A DNA stretch of 64,000 nucleotides from Anaeromyxobacteraceae bacterium (GCA_047602405.1 JASGHJ010000002.1:2144001-2208000); one strand, 5' to 3'; counted from the stretch's first letter, positions 40,703-51,434 are shown. Notes: generated from the sequence alone by a model not told the origin. Numbers and translations: made by a program.

Positions 40703-41302
40703 CTACCGGGTGAGGAGCCCCGGCAGCACCTCGGCGACGCCGAGCGCGATCTCGGGCCGGAGCCGCTCCCGGCAGCGCGACACGGCCTCGGCGGCGATCG
40801 CGGGCCAGGCCTCGTAGATCCACCCGCTGCTCGCGCGGCCACCCTCGGCGTGGGCCCGCTCCATCGCGCGGAAGAGCCCGGCGCGGATCGCCTCCGCGAC
40901 GGCCTCGCGCTCGTCGGCGTCCGCCCCGGTGCGGCGGGCTGCCTCGCCCGAGATGCGGACCGACAGCACCCGCGCCTCCACGAGCGAGATGAGCTGGACC
41001 TCGCCCGCCCGGAGCCAGGGGTCGCCGAGCTCGCGCCCCGAGAGCTGCGCCAGGGCCTCGTCGGGCGGGAGGATGCGCGCCCGCCCGGCGAGCACCTCGA
41101 CCGCCTCGGGCGCGACCCGGCCCGGGTCGGCTCCGGCCACGAGCTCGAGCCAGAAGAACCTCCCGGTGGCCTCGACCCGGGCGGCGCCGACACCGGTCAC
41201 GGCGGAGAGTCGCGCCAGCACGGGCGCGAGGACGGAGCCTCAGCCGAGGCCCGCCACCGGCCCTCAGCCGAACCCGTTCGCGAAGAGCACGAGGTTGCGC
41301 AT
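40703..41302 (-). CDS. Candidate selenoprotein with two Sec (UGA) codons and an HMA-like N-terminus, ~199 aa
   Basis: ATG 41302 is in frame with the 172-aa ORF; TGA at 41266-41264 and 41242-41240; SECIS-like hairpin after each; TACTGT -10-like element 7 nt before the ATG. Confidence 0.7.
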
Positions 41303-41354
41303 GCGCCCCACAGTACCCGACCACCCCCGGCCCGCCCACGTGCATCCTCGTCGC

Positions 41355-41735
41355 ATGCCCCGCGAAGCCCTCACCGCTCCCGGCGCCGCCCGGGTCGGCC
41401 CCTACTCGCACGGCGTGCGCGCCGGTGAGCTCGTCTTCCTCTCCGGCCAGACGCCGGTCGACCCCGCCACCGGCCGCCTCCGGGAGGGCGGCGTCGGGTC
41501 GCAGGCCGACCAGTGCCTCACGAACCTGTTTGCCGTGCTCGCGGCGGACGGCCTCGGCCCCGAGGACGTGGTGAAGGTGAACGTCTACCTCGTCGACATG
41601 GCCGACTTCGCCGAGCTGAACGCGGCGTACGCGCGCCGCTTCGCCGAACCCTACCCTGCCCGCACGACCGTCGGGGTCGCGGCCCTGCCCCTCAGGGCGC
41701 GGATCGAGATGGAGCTCGTCGCCCGCCGGCGTTGA
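41355..41735 (+). CDS. RidA/YjgF family enamine deaminase
   Basis: GPYSHG, FLSGQ, VVKVNVYL.DM.DF..LN, PARTTVGV, IEME. Confidence 0.92.
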   Translation: MPREALTAPGAARVGPYSHGVRAGELVFLSGQTPVDPATGRLREGGVGSQADQCLTNLFAVLAADGLGPEDVVKVNVYLVDMADFAELNAAYARRFAEPYPARTTVGVAALPLRARIEMELVARRR

Positions 41736-41841
41736 CGGATCGTACGTCTCCCCTGGAGCGCAGGGCTCCCGACGCCGCTCGATCGGGGTGCCACCCGGTC
41801 GAGGGAAGGCCGCCGATCCAGCCTCGCGCTACGCTCCAGGC

Positions 41842-43044
41842 GTGACCTACGTCTCGGCCGAGGAGCTGCTTCCTGGAGACCCCGCCGGCGCGATCCTGCT
41901 CGAGGCCGCCGCCGGCATCGCGGGAGCGCACGAGCTCGAGCGCCTCACCGAGATCGTGCGGCGGAGCGCCCGCGCCCTCCTCGGGGCGGACGGCGTCACC
42001 TTCGTCCTGCGCGAGGGCGGGTCCGTCCACTACGCCGACGAGGACGCCATCGCGCCGCTCTGGAAGGGGCGCCGGTTCCCGGTGGACGCCTGCGTGTCCG
42101 GCTGGGCGATGCTCCACGCGACCCCCGTGGTGATCCCGGACGTGTTCGCGGACGACCGGGTCCCCCACGATCTCTACCGGCCCACCTTCGTGCGGAGCCT
42201 GGTCATGGTGCCGGTCCGGCCCGAGGCGCCGGTGGCCGCCATCGGCGCGTACTGGGCGGTGCGCCGGCAGCCCACGGCGCGCGAGGTGCAGCTCCTCGAG
42301 GCGCTCGCGGCCCTCTCGTCGACGGCGCTCGCGAACCTCGCGCTCGAGGCGGAGCTCCGCCACGCGCTCGCGGCCCGGGACGAGCTCATCGACGTCGCCT
42401 CGCACGAGCTCCGCACGCCGCTCTCCGCGCTGCGCCTGCAGGTGGATCGCGCCCGCCTCCGCCCCGAGGCGGACCAGGCCGGGCTCCCGTCCGGCTGGCT
42501 CGAGCGCATGGATCGCTCGGTGGGCCGCCTCGACCGCCTGGTGGCGTCCCTCCTCGACGTCTCCCGCCAGCACCGCGAGCCGTTCCACCTCGAGCGCGAG
42601 CCGGTGGACCTGCGGGAGGTCGCCCGCGACGTGGTGGACGCGTTCCAGGGGACGCCCGGCGCCGAGATCGCGCTGTACGCGCCGGCCCCGGTGCACGGCG
42701 CCTTCGACCGGGCGCGCATCGGACAGGTCCTCGAGAACCTCCTCGCGAACGCGGTGAAGTTCGGGCGCGGCCGGCCGGTGGAGCTGCGGCTGGAGGCCCT
42801 GCCCGGAGAGGTCCGGATGACCGTCCGTGACGAGGGCATCGGCATCGCGCTCGAGGACCAGGCCCGGATCTTCGACCGGTTCACGCGCGCGGTCTCCCGC
42901 CGGAGCTACGGCGGGCTCGGGCTCGGGCTGTGGATTGCGCGGCGCGCGGTGGAGGCGCACGGCGGGACCCTCAGCGTCGAGAGCCGCGAGGGCGAGGGCG
43001 CGACGTTCAGGGTCGCGCTGCCGCTCGAGTCCGCGGCCGCCTGA
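41842..43044 (+). CDS. GAF-domain sensor histidine kinase
   Basis: ASHELRTPL, NLLANAVKF, DEGIG, GLGLGL. Confidence 0.9.
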   Translation: MTYVSAEELLPGDPAGAILLEAAAGIAGAHELERLTEIVRRSARALLGADGVTFVLREGGSVHYADEDAIAPLWKGRRFPVDACVSGWAMLHATPVVIPDVFADDRVPHDLYRPTFVRSLVMVPVRPEAPVAAIGAYWAVRRQPTAREVQLLEALAALSSTALANLALEAELRHALAARDELIDVASHELRTPLSALRLQVDRARLRPEADQAGLPSGWLERMDRSVGRLDRLVASLLDVSRQHREPFHLEREPVDLREVARDVVDAFQGTPGAEIALYAPAPVHGAFDRARIGQVLENLLANAVKFGRGRPVELRLEALPGEVRMTVRDEGIGIALEDQARIFDRFTRAVSRRSYGGLGLGLWIARRAVEAHGGTLSVESREGEGATFRVALPLESAAA

Positions 43045-43768
43045 CCGCGGCCGCGCCGGCGTGCGCCTTCAGGATCGCCGCCCGGTCACGCGGCGGGAGG
43101 TGCTTCGTGGCCTCGCGCACGGTCAGGCCCGACGCGCGCGCCGCGCGCGGGAGCAGCCAGGCCGCGACCTCGCGCGGACGGCGCCGGGAGGTGTCGCGCA
43201 GGACCCAGCCGATGGCCTTCCGGATGAAGAACTCGCGCTCCTCGAGCATCGGCTCCGCGAGCCGGCCGAAGCGGGCGAGGTCGCCCCTCCCCTCGCGCAG
43301 CGCGAGGAGGAACGCGAGCAGCGCCGAGCGGCGGATCCAGAAGTCCTCGTCCCGGGCCCAGCGATCGAGCGTGCGCTCGAGCCGCGGGAAGCGCTCCACG
43401 AGCGGGCCCGCCACGCTCGCCGCGAGGCTGTCGACGATCGCCCAGGTGTGCGCGTCCCGGAGGTAGCGCTCGAGGACCGCGAGGTCCGCGGCGGCGAGGG
43501 TGTCCTGGTGGGCGTCGAGGAGCTCCACGGCGAGCATGCACCCCTCGTGGATCCCGCGCGCCCAGAGGTCGTCGCAGAGCGCGAGCAGCGCCGCGCGCGG
43601 GAGGTCCGGGTGCGCCCTCCGGTGCGTGCGGGCGACCTTCCGGATCGCGGGCATCGAGGCGCCGAGGTGGATCCGGGAGGACCTGAGGTACCGCTTCTCG
43701 CCCTCCGCGCGCGCGGGCACCGCCACCGCGCGGAGGGCGTCGAGGAGCGCGTCGGCCTGCGTGGGCAT
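43007..43768 (-). CDS. DNA alkylation repair (AlkD-like) protein
   Basis: TWAIVD, WARDEDFWIRRS, EFFIRKAIGWVLR. Confidence 0.85.
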   Translation of the reverse strand: MPTQADALLDALRAVAVPARAEGEKRYLRSSRIHLGASMPAIRKVARTHRRAHPDLPRAALLALCDDLWARGIHEGCMLAVELLDAHQDTLAAADLAVLERYLRDAHTWAIVDSLAASVAGPLVERFPRLERTLDRWARDEDFWIRRSALLAFLLALREGRGDLARFGRLAEPMLEEREFFIRKAIGWVLRDTSRRRPREVAAWLLPRAARASGLTVREATKHLPPRDRAAILKAHAGAAAVRRPRTRAAARP

Positions 43769-43792
43769 GCACGCAGGCTACCGCCGCCGTGG

Positions 43793-45739
43793 CTAATCGG
43801 CCATCGTCGACACGTCGCCCGGATCCTCCCCCATCTCGATGGCCTTCAGGTACCGGCGCATGATCTTCCCGGACCGGGTCTTCGGGAGGGTCTTGCGGAT
43901 CTCGATGTCGGACGGCGTCGCGATCGGGCCGAGGTCCTGGCGGACGTGGTCCTTGAGCGAGGCGATGAGGGCCGGGCCCTGCGGCACGTTGGCCTTGAGC
44001 ACCACGAACGCCTTGATCTTCTCGCCCTTGAGCTGATCCGGCAGGCCGACGACCGCGGACTCCGCGACCGCCGAGTGGCGGAGCAGCGAGGACTCGACGT
44101 CTGCCGTGCCGATGCGGTGGCCGGCCACGTTCATCACGTCGTCGGCGCGGCCCAGCACGGCGAAGTAGCCGTCCTTGTCCTTCACCGCGATGTCACCCGC
44201 CGAGTAGAACCCCGGGATCTGCTTCCAGTAGTGCTCGTAGCGCTTGTGGTCGCCCCAGATCGTCCGGAGCATGTACGGCAGGGGCTTGCGGATCACGAGC
44301 AGGCCGCCGAGCCCGTCGGGCACCGGCTTCCCGGTCGGATCGACGACCGCGACGTCGGCGCCGGGCATGGGCTTGCCGACCTTGCCCGGCCGCGCGTCGA
44401 ACGTGGGCTGGGTGCCGAGCACCGGCGCGGCGATCTCGGTCTGCCACCAGTTGTCGACCACCATGCCGCCCGACTGGCCGACGAGGTGCTTCTGCGCCCA
44501 GTGGTGCGCCTCCGGGTTGAGCGGCTCGCCGGCGCAGGCCACGAGGCGCAGGCGCTTCAGGTCGTAGCGGGCCGGGGCGTCGCCGCCGTGGCTCATCCAC
44601 ATGCGGACCGCGGTGGGCGCGGTGAACATCACGTTCACGCCGTACCGCTCGACGAGCTCCCAGGTGACGTCCGGCGACGGGTAGTCCGGCACGCCCTCGC
44701 GGCAGAACACCGTCGCGCCGACCGAGAGCGGGCCGTAGACGATGAACGAGTGGCCGACGATCCAGCCGATGTCGGAGGTCGACCAGTAGATGTCGTTCTC
44801 GCCGATCTGGTAGAAGGCGCGCGCCAGGTAGGTCGTGCCGACCAGGTAGCCGCCGGTCGCGTGCACGACGCCCTTCGGCTTCCCGGTGGTGCCGGACGTG
44901 TAGAGGATGAAGAGCGGGTCCTCCGCGTCCATCTCCTCCGGCGGGCAGTGGATTGCGTGGCCGTCCTGCACGTCGTAGAAGTCGTGCTCGCGCTCGGACT
45001 CGAACTGGAACGGCGGATCGCCGGGGCGGGAGCCGCGGCGGTGCACGATGACGTGCTCGACGAACACGAGGTCGCGGACCGCCTCGTCGATCGTCGGCTT
45101 CAGCGCGAGCTTCTTGCCGCGGCGGTAGGCGTAGTCGGAGCAGATGATGACCTTCGACTGCGAGTCCTCGAGGCGGCTGCGGAGCGCCTGGGTGCCCATG
45201 CCGGCGAAGACCACCGAGTGGATCGCGCCGATGCGCGCGCACGCGAGCATCGAGATGATGCCCTCCGGCGTGAGCGGCATGTAGATGACGACGCGGTCGC
45301 CCTTCTTCACGCCCAGCTTCTTGAGCGCGTTCGCGAAGCGGTTCACCTCGCGGTAGAGCCGGTTGTACGTGTAGGTGTGCTCCTCGCCGTCCTCGCCGAC
45401 CCAGATCAGCGCGGCCTTGAGGCGGCGCGGGCCGAAGACGTGGCGGTCGATGCAGGAGACCGTGGCGTTGAGCTTGCCGCCGAGGAACCACTGGTGGTTC
45501 GGCGGCTCGAACTGCATCACCTTCGAGAACGGCTTCATCCACTCGACGAGCTTCGCCTTCTCGGCCCAGAACCCGTCGAGATCCTGGGACGCGTGGGCGC
45601 GCTCGATCGCGTCGTTCTGGATGTGCGCCTGCTGCGCGAGCCAGACCGGCGCCGGGATCGTGTTCTCGTCCTTGGAGAGCGCGTCGATGGCCGCGCGCTG
45701 CGCCTCGGTCAGGTCGAACTTCTCGGGGGCCTCTGCCAT
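43793..45739 (-). CDS. acs: Acetate-CoA ligase
   Basis: YTSGTTGKPKG, WWQTE, GRADDVMNVAGHRIGT, LPKTRSGKIMRR. Confidence 0.93.
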   Translation of the reverse strand: MAEAPEKFDLTEAQRAAIDALSKDENTIPAPVWLAQQAHIQNDAIERAHASQDLDGFWAEKAKLVEWMKPFSKVMQFEPPNHQWFLGGKLNATVSCIDRHVFGPRRLKAALIWVGEDGEEHTYTYNRLYREVNRFANALKKLGVKKGDRVVIYMPLTPEGIISMLACARIGAIHSVVFAGMGTQALRSRLEDSQSKVIICSDYAYRRGKKLALKPTIDEAVRDLVFVEHVIVHRRGSRPGDPPFQFESEREHDFYDVQDGHAIHCPPEEMDAEDPLFILYTSGTTGKPKGVVHATGGYLVGTTYLARAFYQIGENDIYWSTSDIGWIVGHSFIVYGPLSVGATVFCREGVPDYPSPDVTWELVERYGVNVMFTAPTAVRMWMSHGGDAPARYDLKRLRLVACAGEPLNPEAHHWAQKHLVGQSGGMVVDNWWQTEIAAPVLGTQPTFDARPGKVGKPMPGADVAVVDPTGKPVPDGLGGLLVIRKPLPYMLRTIWGDHKRYEHYWKQIPGFYSAGDIAVKDKDGYFAVLGRADDVMNVAGHRIGTADVESSLLRHSAVAESAVVGLPDQLKGEKIKAFVVLKANVPQGPALIASLKDHVRQDLGPIATPSDIEIRKTLPKTRSGKIMRRYLKAIEMGEDPGDVSTMAD

Positions 45740-45896
45740 TGCGAGCACCTCGGGGAGCGAAGGCTGCAGGTCGCCGCGCGGCGAGCGAGACGACCGATGG
45801 GACGGCGGGTGGACTCCGCATGCTAGCGCAGCCCGCGCGGGACGGCGCACCCATTCGTGAGCGGCGCAGCGCGTCACCCAGACATGTCGAGGGGAT

Positions 45897-48345
45897 TCAG
45901 CGCCCGCCGGTGTCCGGGTCGTACCCCGACCGGAGGAGGAGCGTCTTCTCGTCGAACCAGAGCCGCCGCGCGAGCTTGCGCAGCGTCTCGACGTCGAGGG
46001 TCACCGCCCCCGCCCCCGTCCAGTCCCACAGCCGGTTCTGCGCCGACCAGAGATTCGAGCCAGAGCCCGAGCTTCGCCGCGAGGTCGAGGACGCCCACGA
46101 GCTCCTCCGCCCGGGCCCCCGGCGAGCGCCCCTGGACGAGCGCCTCCATGCGCCGGTTCACGAGCAGCTCCGCGTCGCGCCGCACCGGCACGAGGTGGAG
46201 GTGGGCGCCCAGCTTGCGCGCGAGCTCGACGGCCTGCACGAGCGCGCGCTCGGCCTCCGCGACCTCGACGTGGCCGGCGAGCGCGCGGTTGATCACCTCG
46301 AGCAGCCGGTGCGTGAGCGTCACGTCGGCCGACACGCGCAGCGGCGGCGGGATCGGCGAGTCGATCTCGCGCAGGAACTCCATGAGGCGCCGGTGGTCCT
46401 CGAAGATCTCGAGGTGGTGCGCCTCGTGCCGGCGCATCGTGCCGGCGAGGAGCAGCTCCGCCACGCGGCGGCGCTCGTCGAGGAAGAGGTCCCGCAGCTC
46501 GTAGTCCTTGCCGGGGAAGAAGCGGTCCACCTGACGCAGGAGCTGGGCGAGCGAGAGCTGCGCGACGCCGTCGACGAGCGCGGCCTCGATCTCGGCGTGG
46601 CGCGCCGGCCCCGGGTACGGCAGGAGCCCGCAGCGGAAGTCGGCGGCGCCGAAGTGGAGCACCGCGCAGAGCGCGTCGAGCACCTCGCCGGTGAAGCGGC
46701 TCTCGAGCCGCACGCGCGCGAGCGCGAGCCCGATGGGGCCCGCCTTCACCGAGCGGCGGTTCTCGAGCCGGTACCCGTAGCAGAACACCGAGCCCTCGCC
46801 CGGCGTGTCGCGGACCACCGAGGTGATGGCGAGGTGCGCGCCGACGCCCTCGAGCGTCACCACGCTCGGCCTCACGAGCCGCCGCCAGACCTCGCCGCCG
46901 TCGCCGATCTCCGGCACGTTGGAGGGCGCGCGCCTCAGCGCCTCCTCGAACCGCTCGGCGAGCCCCGTCGCGCCGAGCTCGCCGGCGAGCTGCAGGGCCC
47001 GCGCGGCGTACTTCAGCACCTGGGCGGTCTCGATCCCGGAGATCTCGGCGAAGAACCAGCCGCAGCTCGTGAACATGAGGAGCGCGTGGCGTTGCAGCTC
47101 GAGGAGCCGCAGCGCCTTCACCCGCTCCTCCCGCGAGAGCGCCCTCCCCGCCTCGCGCGCGAGGAAGCGGTCCGCCTCCCGCCGCGCGGGGTCGAGCACC
47201 ACCTCGGCGTAGCGGTCGCGCGCGCCCCAGGGATCGGCGAGGAGCCCCGCCGCCTCGCGCTCGTACAGCGCGGCGACCTCGTCGCGCAGGCCCGCGAGCG
47301 CGTCGCGGAGCGGCCCGCGCCAGGCCTGGCTCCAGCCCGGGCGGCCGCCGACCTCGCAGCCGCAGTTGCTCCGCCACCGCTCGATGCCGTGCGCGCAGCT
47401 CCAGGAGGAGCCCTCGAAGATCTCCGCCTCCCACTCGACCGGCACCGCCGTCAGGGCCTGGGCGAGGCCCACCACCTCGATGCCCGAGGTGCGCTCGAGC
47501 TGGCGCAGGCCCGCCGCGAGCCCTTCGTCGCCGCCCTTGCGGTGGTGGCCGAGCGTCTCGCCGTCGAGCGCGACCACCAGCACCTCGTCGTGCCCGCGGC
47601 GCGCGTCGAAGCCGCCCTCGAGGCGCGAGACCAGGCGCTCGCCCGAGGCGAGCGTCTCGCCGAAGGCGAGATCGCGGGCGATGTGCCCGTCGTAGAAGAA
47701 GACCACGAGCTCCCGGCCGCCGGCCCGCACCCGGTACGGCCGGGTCGGGTCGAAGCGCGCCCCGGCCGCGTCCTGCCAGTCGCCGCCCGGCGGCTTCACC
47801 CGGCGCGCCTGCCAGGGAGAGAGCACCGTGAAGCGGATGCCCTCCCCGGCGAGCGCCTCGAGGGTCGGCGAGTCGGCCGCGCACTCCGGCAGCCAGAACC
47901 CCTCCGGCGCGCGCCCGAAGCGGCGCCGGAAGTCGGCGACGCCCCACCGGATCTGCGTGAGCCGGTCGCGGGGCGAGTCGAGCGGGAGGATCGAGTGGCC
48001 GTAGCCCTGGGCGATGGCGTTGCCGTGCCCGGTCCGCGAGAGCGCGAGCTGGTCGGCGGCGAGGATGCGCTGGTAGACGTCCGGCCGGTGGCGCTCCAGC
48101 CACGCGAAGAGCGTCGGGCCGAAGTTGAACGAGAGGTGATCGTAGTTGTTGACGATGTCGACGATGCGGTCCTGGCCGGACTTGAGGCGCGCGGCGCCGT
48201 TCGGCGCGTAGCACTCGACCGTGATCCGGGCGTTCCAGTCGTGGAAGTCGCCGGCGGAGTCCTGGACCTCGATCTCGTCGATCCAGGGGTTCTCGCGGGG
48301 CGGCTGGTAGAAGTGCCCGTGCAGGCAGAGCAGGCGTCGCGTCAT
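45897..48345 (-). CDS. GH57 / DUF3536 glycoside hydrolase (apparent +1 frameshift at ~46054)
   Basis: HGHFYQPPRENPW, GFWLPE, DGET.GHH, SWSCAHG.ERW, MFTSCGWFF. Confidence 0.88.
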
Positions 48346-48371
48346 CGAACCCACGATGTTAGTAGATCGGC

Positions 48372-49163
48372 ATGCGCGTCGCCCTCACGATCGCCGGATC
48401 CGACTCCGGGGGAGGTGCCGGGATCCAGGCAGACCTCCGCACGTTCGCTGCGCACCTCGTTCACGGGACGTCCGCCGTCACCGCGGTGACCGCCCAGAAC
48501 TCGGTGGGGGTCACCGGGTGGGCCCCCATCGAGCCGGGCCTCGTGGCCGCGCAGATCGAGGCGGTCGCGACCGACATGCCGGTGGGGGCGACCAAGACCG
48601 GCATGCTCGGGACCGCGGCGGTGGTCGAGGTCGTGGCCGACGCCGCCCGGCGCCTGCGGCTCGGGCCGCTCGTCGTCGACCCGGTGATGGTCGCGAAGAG
48701 CGGGGACCGGCTCATCGATCCCGCGGCCCAGGCCGCCTACGTGGCGAGGCTGTTCCCCCTCGCGGCGCTCGTGACGCCGAACCTGCACGAGGCAGCCGCG
48801 CTCGTGGGACGGCGGGTCGAGGACCTCGCCTCGATGCGCGAGGCGGCCCGGGCGCTCCACGGCATGGGCGCGGCGGCCGTGCTCGTGAAGGGCGGCGCGC
48901 TCCCCGGCGAGACGGTGGACGTGCTGTTCGACGGCCGGACCCTGGTCGAGATCCCCGGACCGCGGGTCGACACCCGCAACGTCCACGGGACCGGCTGCAC
49001 GCTCTCGGCGGCGATCTGCGCCCGGCTCGCGCTCGGCACGCCGCTCGAGGCGGCCGTCCGCGGCGCGAAGGACTACCTCGTGGAGGGGCTCCGCCGGTCC
49101 TACAACGTCGGCAAGGGGCGCGGCCCGGTGCAGCACCTCCACCCGCTCATGGGGAACCGGTGA
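48372..49163 (+). CDS. thiD: Hydroxymethylpyrimidine/phosphomethylpyrimidine kinase
   Basis: [41 protein letters not shown]. Confidence 0.95.
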   Translation: MRVALTIAGSDSGGGAGIQADLRTFAAHLVHGTSAVTAVTAQNSVGVTGWAPIEPGLVAAQIEAVATDMPVGATKTGMLGTAAVVEVVADAARRLRLGPLVVDPVMVAKSGDRLIDPAAQAAYVARLFPLAALVTPNLHEAAALVGRRVEDLASMREAARALHGMGAAAVLVKGGALPGETVDVLFDGRTLVEIPGPRVDTRNVHGTGCTLSAAICARLALGTPLEAAVRGAKDYLVEGLRRSYNVGKGRGPVQHLHPLMGNR

Positions 49164-50119
49164 ACCGCCCGGCCCGCCTCGCCGCGTGCCTCGCCGCGTG
49201 CCTCTCGGCCTGCGCCGGCGCGCGGCCGCACCCCGCGGCCCTCGAGGCCTGCCGCGGCGGCGCGGTGGACCCGGCCGAGCTCTCCGGCCTCGTCGAGGCG
49301 CTCACGACCCGCTTCGCGCCGCGGGACTTCGCCCACCCCGAGAACCTCGATCGCGCCGCGGCCTTCGTCGCCGGCGCGCTGCGGGCGCGGGGCCTCGAGC
49401 CCGTCGAGCAGACCTTCCTCGTGGGCGGCCGGCAGTACCGGAACGTCGTCGCCTCGGTCGGCCCCGCGGGCGGCGAGCGCATCGTGGTCGGCGCGCACTA
49501 CGACTCCGCCGGGGACCAGCCCGGCGCGGACGACGACGCGAGCGGGGTCGCCGGGCTCCTCGAGCTCGCGCGCCTGCTGCGCGCGTCCCCGCCGCCGGTG
49601 GGCGTCGACCTCGTCGCCTACACGCTGGAGGAGCCGCCGAACTTCCGCACCCCGAACATGGGCAGCGCCGTCCACGCCCGCGCGCTCGCCGGGGCCGGCG
49701 TGCCGGTGCGGCTCATGATCTCCCTCGAGATGATCGGCGCCTTCTCCGACGCGGAGGACAGCCAGGACTACCCGGCCGTGATCGGCTGGTTCTACCCGTC
49801 ACGCGGGAACTTCGTGGCGGTCGTGGGGAAGTGGGGCCAGGGCGGCGACGTCCGCGCGACCGCGCGCGCGATGCGCGAGGGGGCGGCGCTGCCGGTCGAG
49901 ACCCTGACCGCGCCGCGCTTCGTGACCGGCGTGGACTTCTCGGATCACCGGTCCTACTGGGACGCCGGGTTCCCGGCGGTGATGATCACCGACACCGCGT
50001 TCTTCCGGAACCCGCGCTACCACACGCCGCTCGACGCCGCCGACACGCTCGACTACGCGCGCATGGCGGAGGTCGTGAAGGGCGCGGCCTGCGCCGTCCA
50101 CGCCGCCGCGCGCCGGTGA
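49160..50119 (+). CDS. M28 family peptidase, lipoprotein
   Basis: GAHYDS, GADDDASG, LEEPP, SDHRSY, YHTP.D. Confidence 0.88.
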   Translation: MNRPARLAACLAACLSACAGARPHPAALEACRGGAVDPAELSGLVEALTTRFAPRDFAHPENLDRAAAFVAGALRARGLEPVEQTFLVGGRQYRNVVASVGPAGGERIVVGAHYDSAGDQPGADDDASGVAGLLELARLLRASPPPVGVDLVAYTLEEPPNFRTPNMGSAVHARALAGAGVPVRLMISLEMIGAFSDAEDSQDYPAVIGWFYPSRGNFVAVVGKWGQGGDVRATARAMREGAALPVETLTAPRFVTGVDFSDHRSYWDAGFPAVMITDTAFFRNPRYHTPLDAADTLDYARMAEVVKGAACAVHAAARR

Positions 50120-50134
50120 TGCTGCCGGGGTGGG

Positions 50135-50181
50135 GCCCCATGGAGCTTTGCTCCATGGGGCGGGGGGCGCCGAGCCCCCCG
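50135..50181. terminator. Tandem hairpins between convergent genes
   Basis: GCCCCATGGAGC-TTT-GCTCCATGGGGC (12-bp stem) then CGGGGGGC/GCCCCCCG; no U-tract. Confidence 0.5.
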
Positions 50182-50190
50182 GAAGCACAG

Positions 50191-50955
50191 TCAGCGCGTG
50201 TAGCCCATCACCCAGTAGACCACCCGGCCGGTGAGCTCGCGCAGCGCCGCGGTGCTCGCGTTCAGGGCGTCGGCCCGGGGGACGAACGCGTAGCCGAGCA
50301 CCCCCGACGCCCGGTGATCCACGGGCAGGACGTCCGGCGAGAGCCCGACCGCCTTGAAGCAGCCCACGGCCCGGGGCATGTGCCACGCGCTCGTCACGAG
50401 GAGCAGGTTCGTGAGCTGCTGTTCGGCGACGATCCGGGCGGCCTCGATGGCGTTCTCCCGGGTGTTCCGGCTCCGCTCCTCGACGAGGATCCGGTCGGCG
50501 GGCACGCCCCAGGCGACGAGGAGGGCCTCGACCCTCCGCGCGTCGGAGGGCAGCCCCGGGATCGGGTTGATGTCGCCCCCCACCAGGAGGAGCTTCCTCA
50601 CCCGCCCCTGCCGCCAGAGCTCGAGCGCCGTCGTCAGCCGCTCGACGGGGTCGCCGATCTCGGTCTGACCGGACACCGCGGTGGCCGCGCCGTCGAGCGC
50701 GCCCCCGAGCACGAGCGCCGCGTCGTAGACGACCCCGGGCCGCGCCGTCGAGACCACGCCTCGCTCGGCGAGCGCCGAGAGCTTCCCCGCCACGGTGCCC
50801 GTCGAGAAGGCGTAGAGGACGGCGAACGCGAGGACGCCCGCCAGGAGGCCCTTCGCGCCGCGGTTGCGGAGCACCCCGGCGAGGAGGAGGAGGACGAGCG
50901 CCCACGTGATCGGCGCGACCGCGAGATCGAGCACCTTCGAGAGGACGATGAACAC
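50191..50955 (-). CDS. YdcF/DUF218 family protein
   Basis: VLGG, EERSRNTRENA, LVTSAWHMPRA, LRELTG. Confidence 0.88.
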   Translation of the reverse strand: MFIVLSKVLDLAVAPITWALVLLLLAGVLRNRGAKGLLAGVLAFAVLYAFSTGTVAGKLSALAERGVVSTARPGVVYDAALVLGGALDGAATAVSGQTEIGDPVERLTTALELWRQGRVRKLLLVGGDINPIPGLPSDARRVEALLVAWGVPADRILVEERSRNTRENAIEAARIVAEQQLTNLLLVTSAWHMPRAVGCFKAVGLSPDVLPVDHRASGVLGYAFVPRADALNASTAALRELTGRVVYWVMGYTR

Positions 50956-51010
50956 GCCCCCGATTCGACCGCATCCCGGGCCCGGGCGCGAGCGGAACGT
51001 CAGGGGCCGG

Positions 51011-51106
51011 GGCGTGTCCCGCGGGCCAGGGCGGGCGTGTCCAGGCGTCCACGCCCGCTCGAAACCGCTGTGCCGCAGCCCTTCGCGCGCAGGCACGGCG
51101 GCTGCA
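51011..51106 (+). promoter_or_regulatory. Putative sigma54 promoter with upstream activator repeats
   Basis: aGGCACGgcggcTGCa (51091-51106) has GG-N10-GC spacing; GGCGTGTCC occurs twice; GGGCGTG-N10-CACGCCC palindrome upstream. Confidence 0.5.
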
Positions 51107-51156
51107 AAGGAGGGGAGTGACCAGGGAGCCCGACCCCTCCCGGAAAGGAACACCCG

Positions 51157-51402
51157 ATGCGCTTCTACGTCCCCCTCGCCCCCGTCGTCATCCTCGCCGC
51201 CGTCGCCTCCGTCAACGCCTGCTCGAAGCAGGAGGCCGCGTCCGAGCGCCTGCGGGTCGTCCCGCCGCCGGCCGCCGTCTCCGCGGCTCCGACCAAGCCG
51301 ACCGCGCCGGTGCTCGCCGCCGCCCCGGAGCCGAAGCAGACCCCCGACTCGGTCCCGTCGGCCGAGGAGGTCAAGGCCTTCCACAAGCCGGTCGCGAAGT
51401 AG
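51157..51402 (+). CDS. Small Pro/Ala-rich lipoprotein
   Basis: AAAGGA RBS, lipobox VNAC. Confidence 0.7.
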   Translation: MRFYVPLAPVVILAAVASVNACSKQEAASERLRVVPPPAAVSAAPTKPTAPVLAAAPEPKQTPDSVPSAEEVKAFHKPVAK

Positions 51403-51410
51403 CGGATACG

Positions 51411-51434
51411 TTGCCCCGGCGCTCGCCGGGGCAA
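51411..51434 (+). terminator. Hairpin after the small lipoprotein gene
   Basis: TTGCCCCGGC-GCTC-GCCGGGGCAA; followed by TATACT (-10-like) before the EF-G paralog. Confidence 0.5.
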
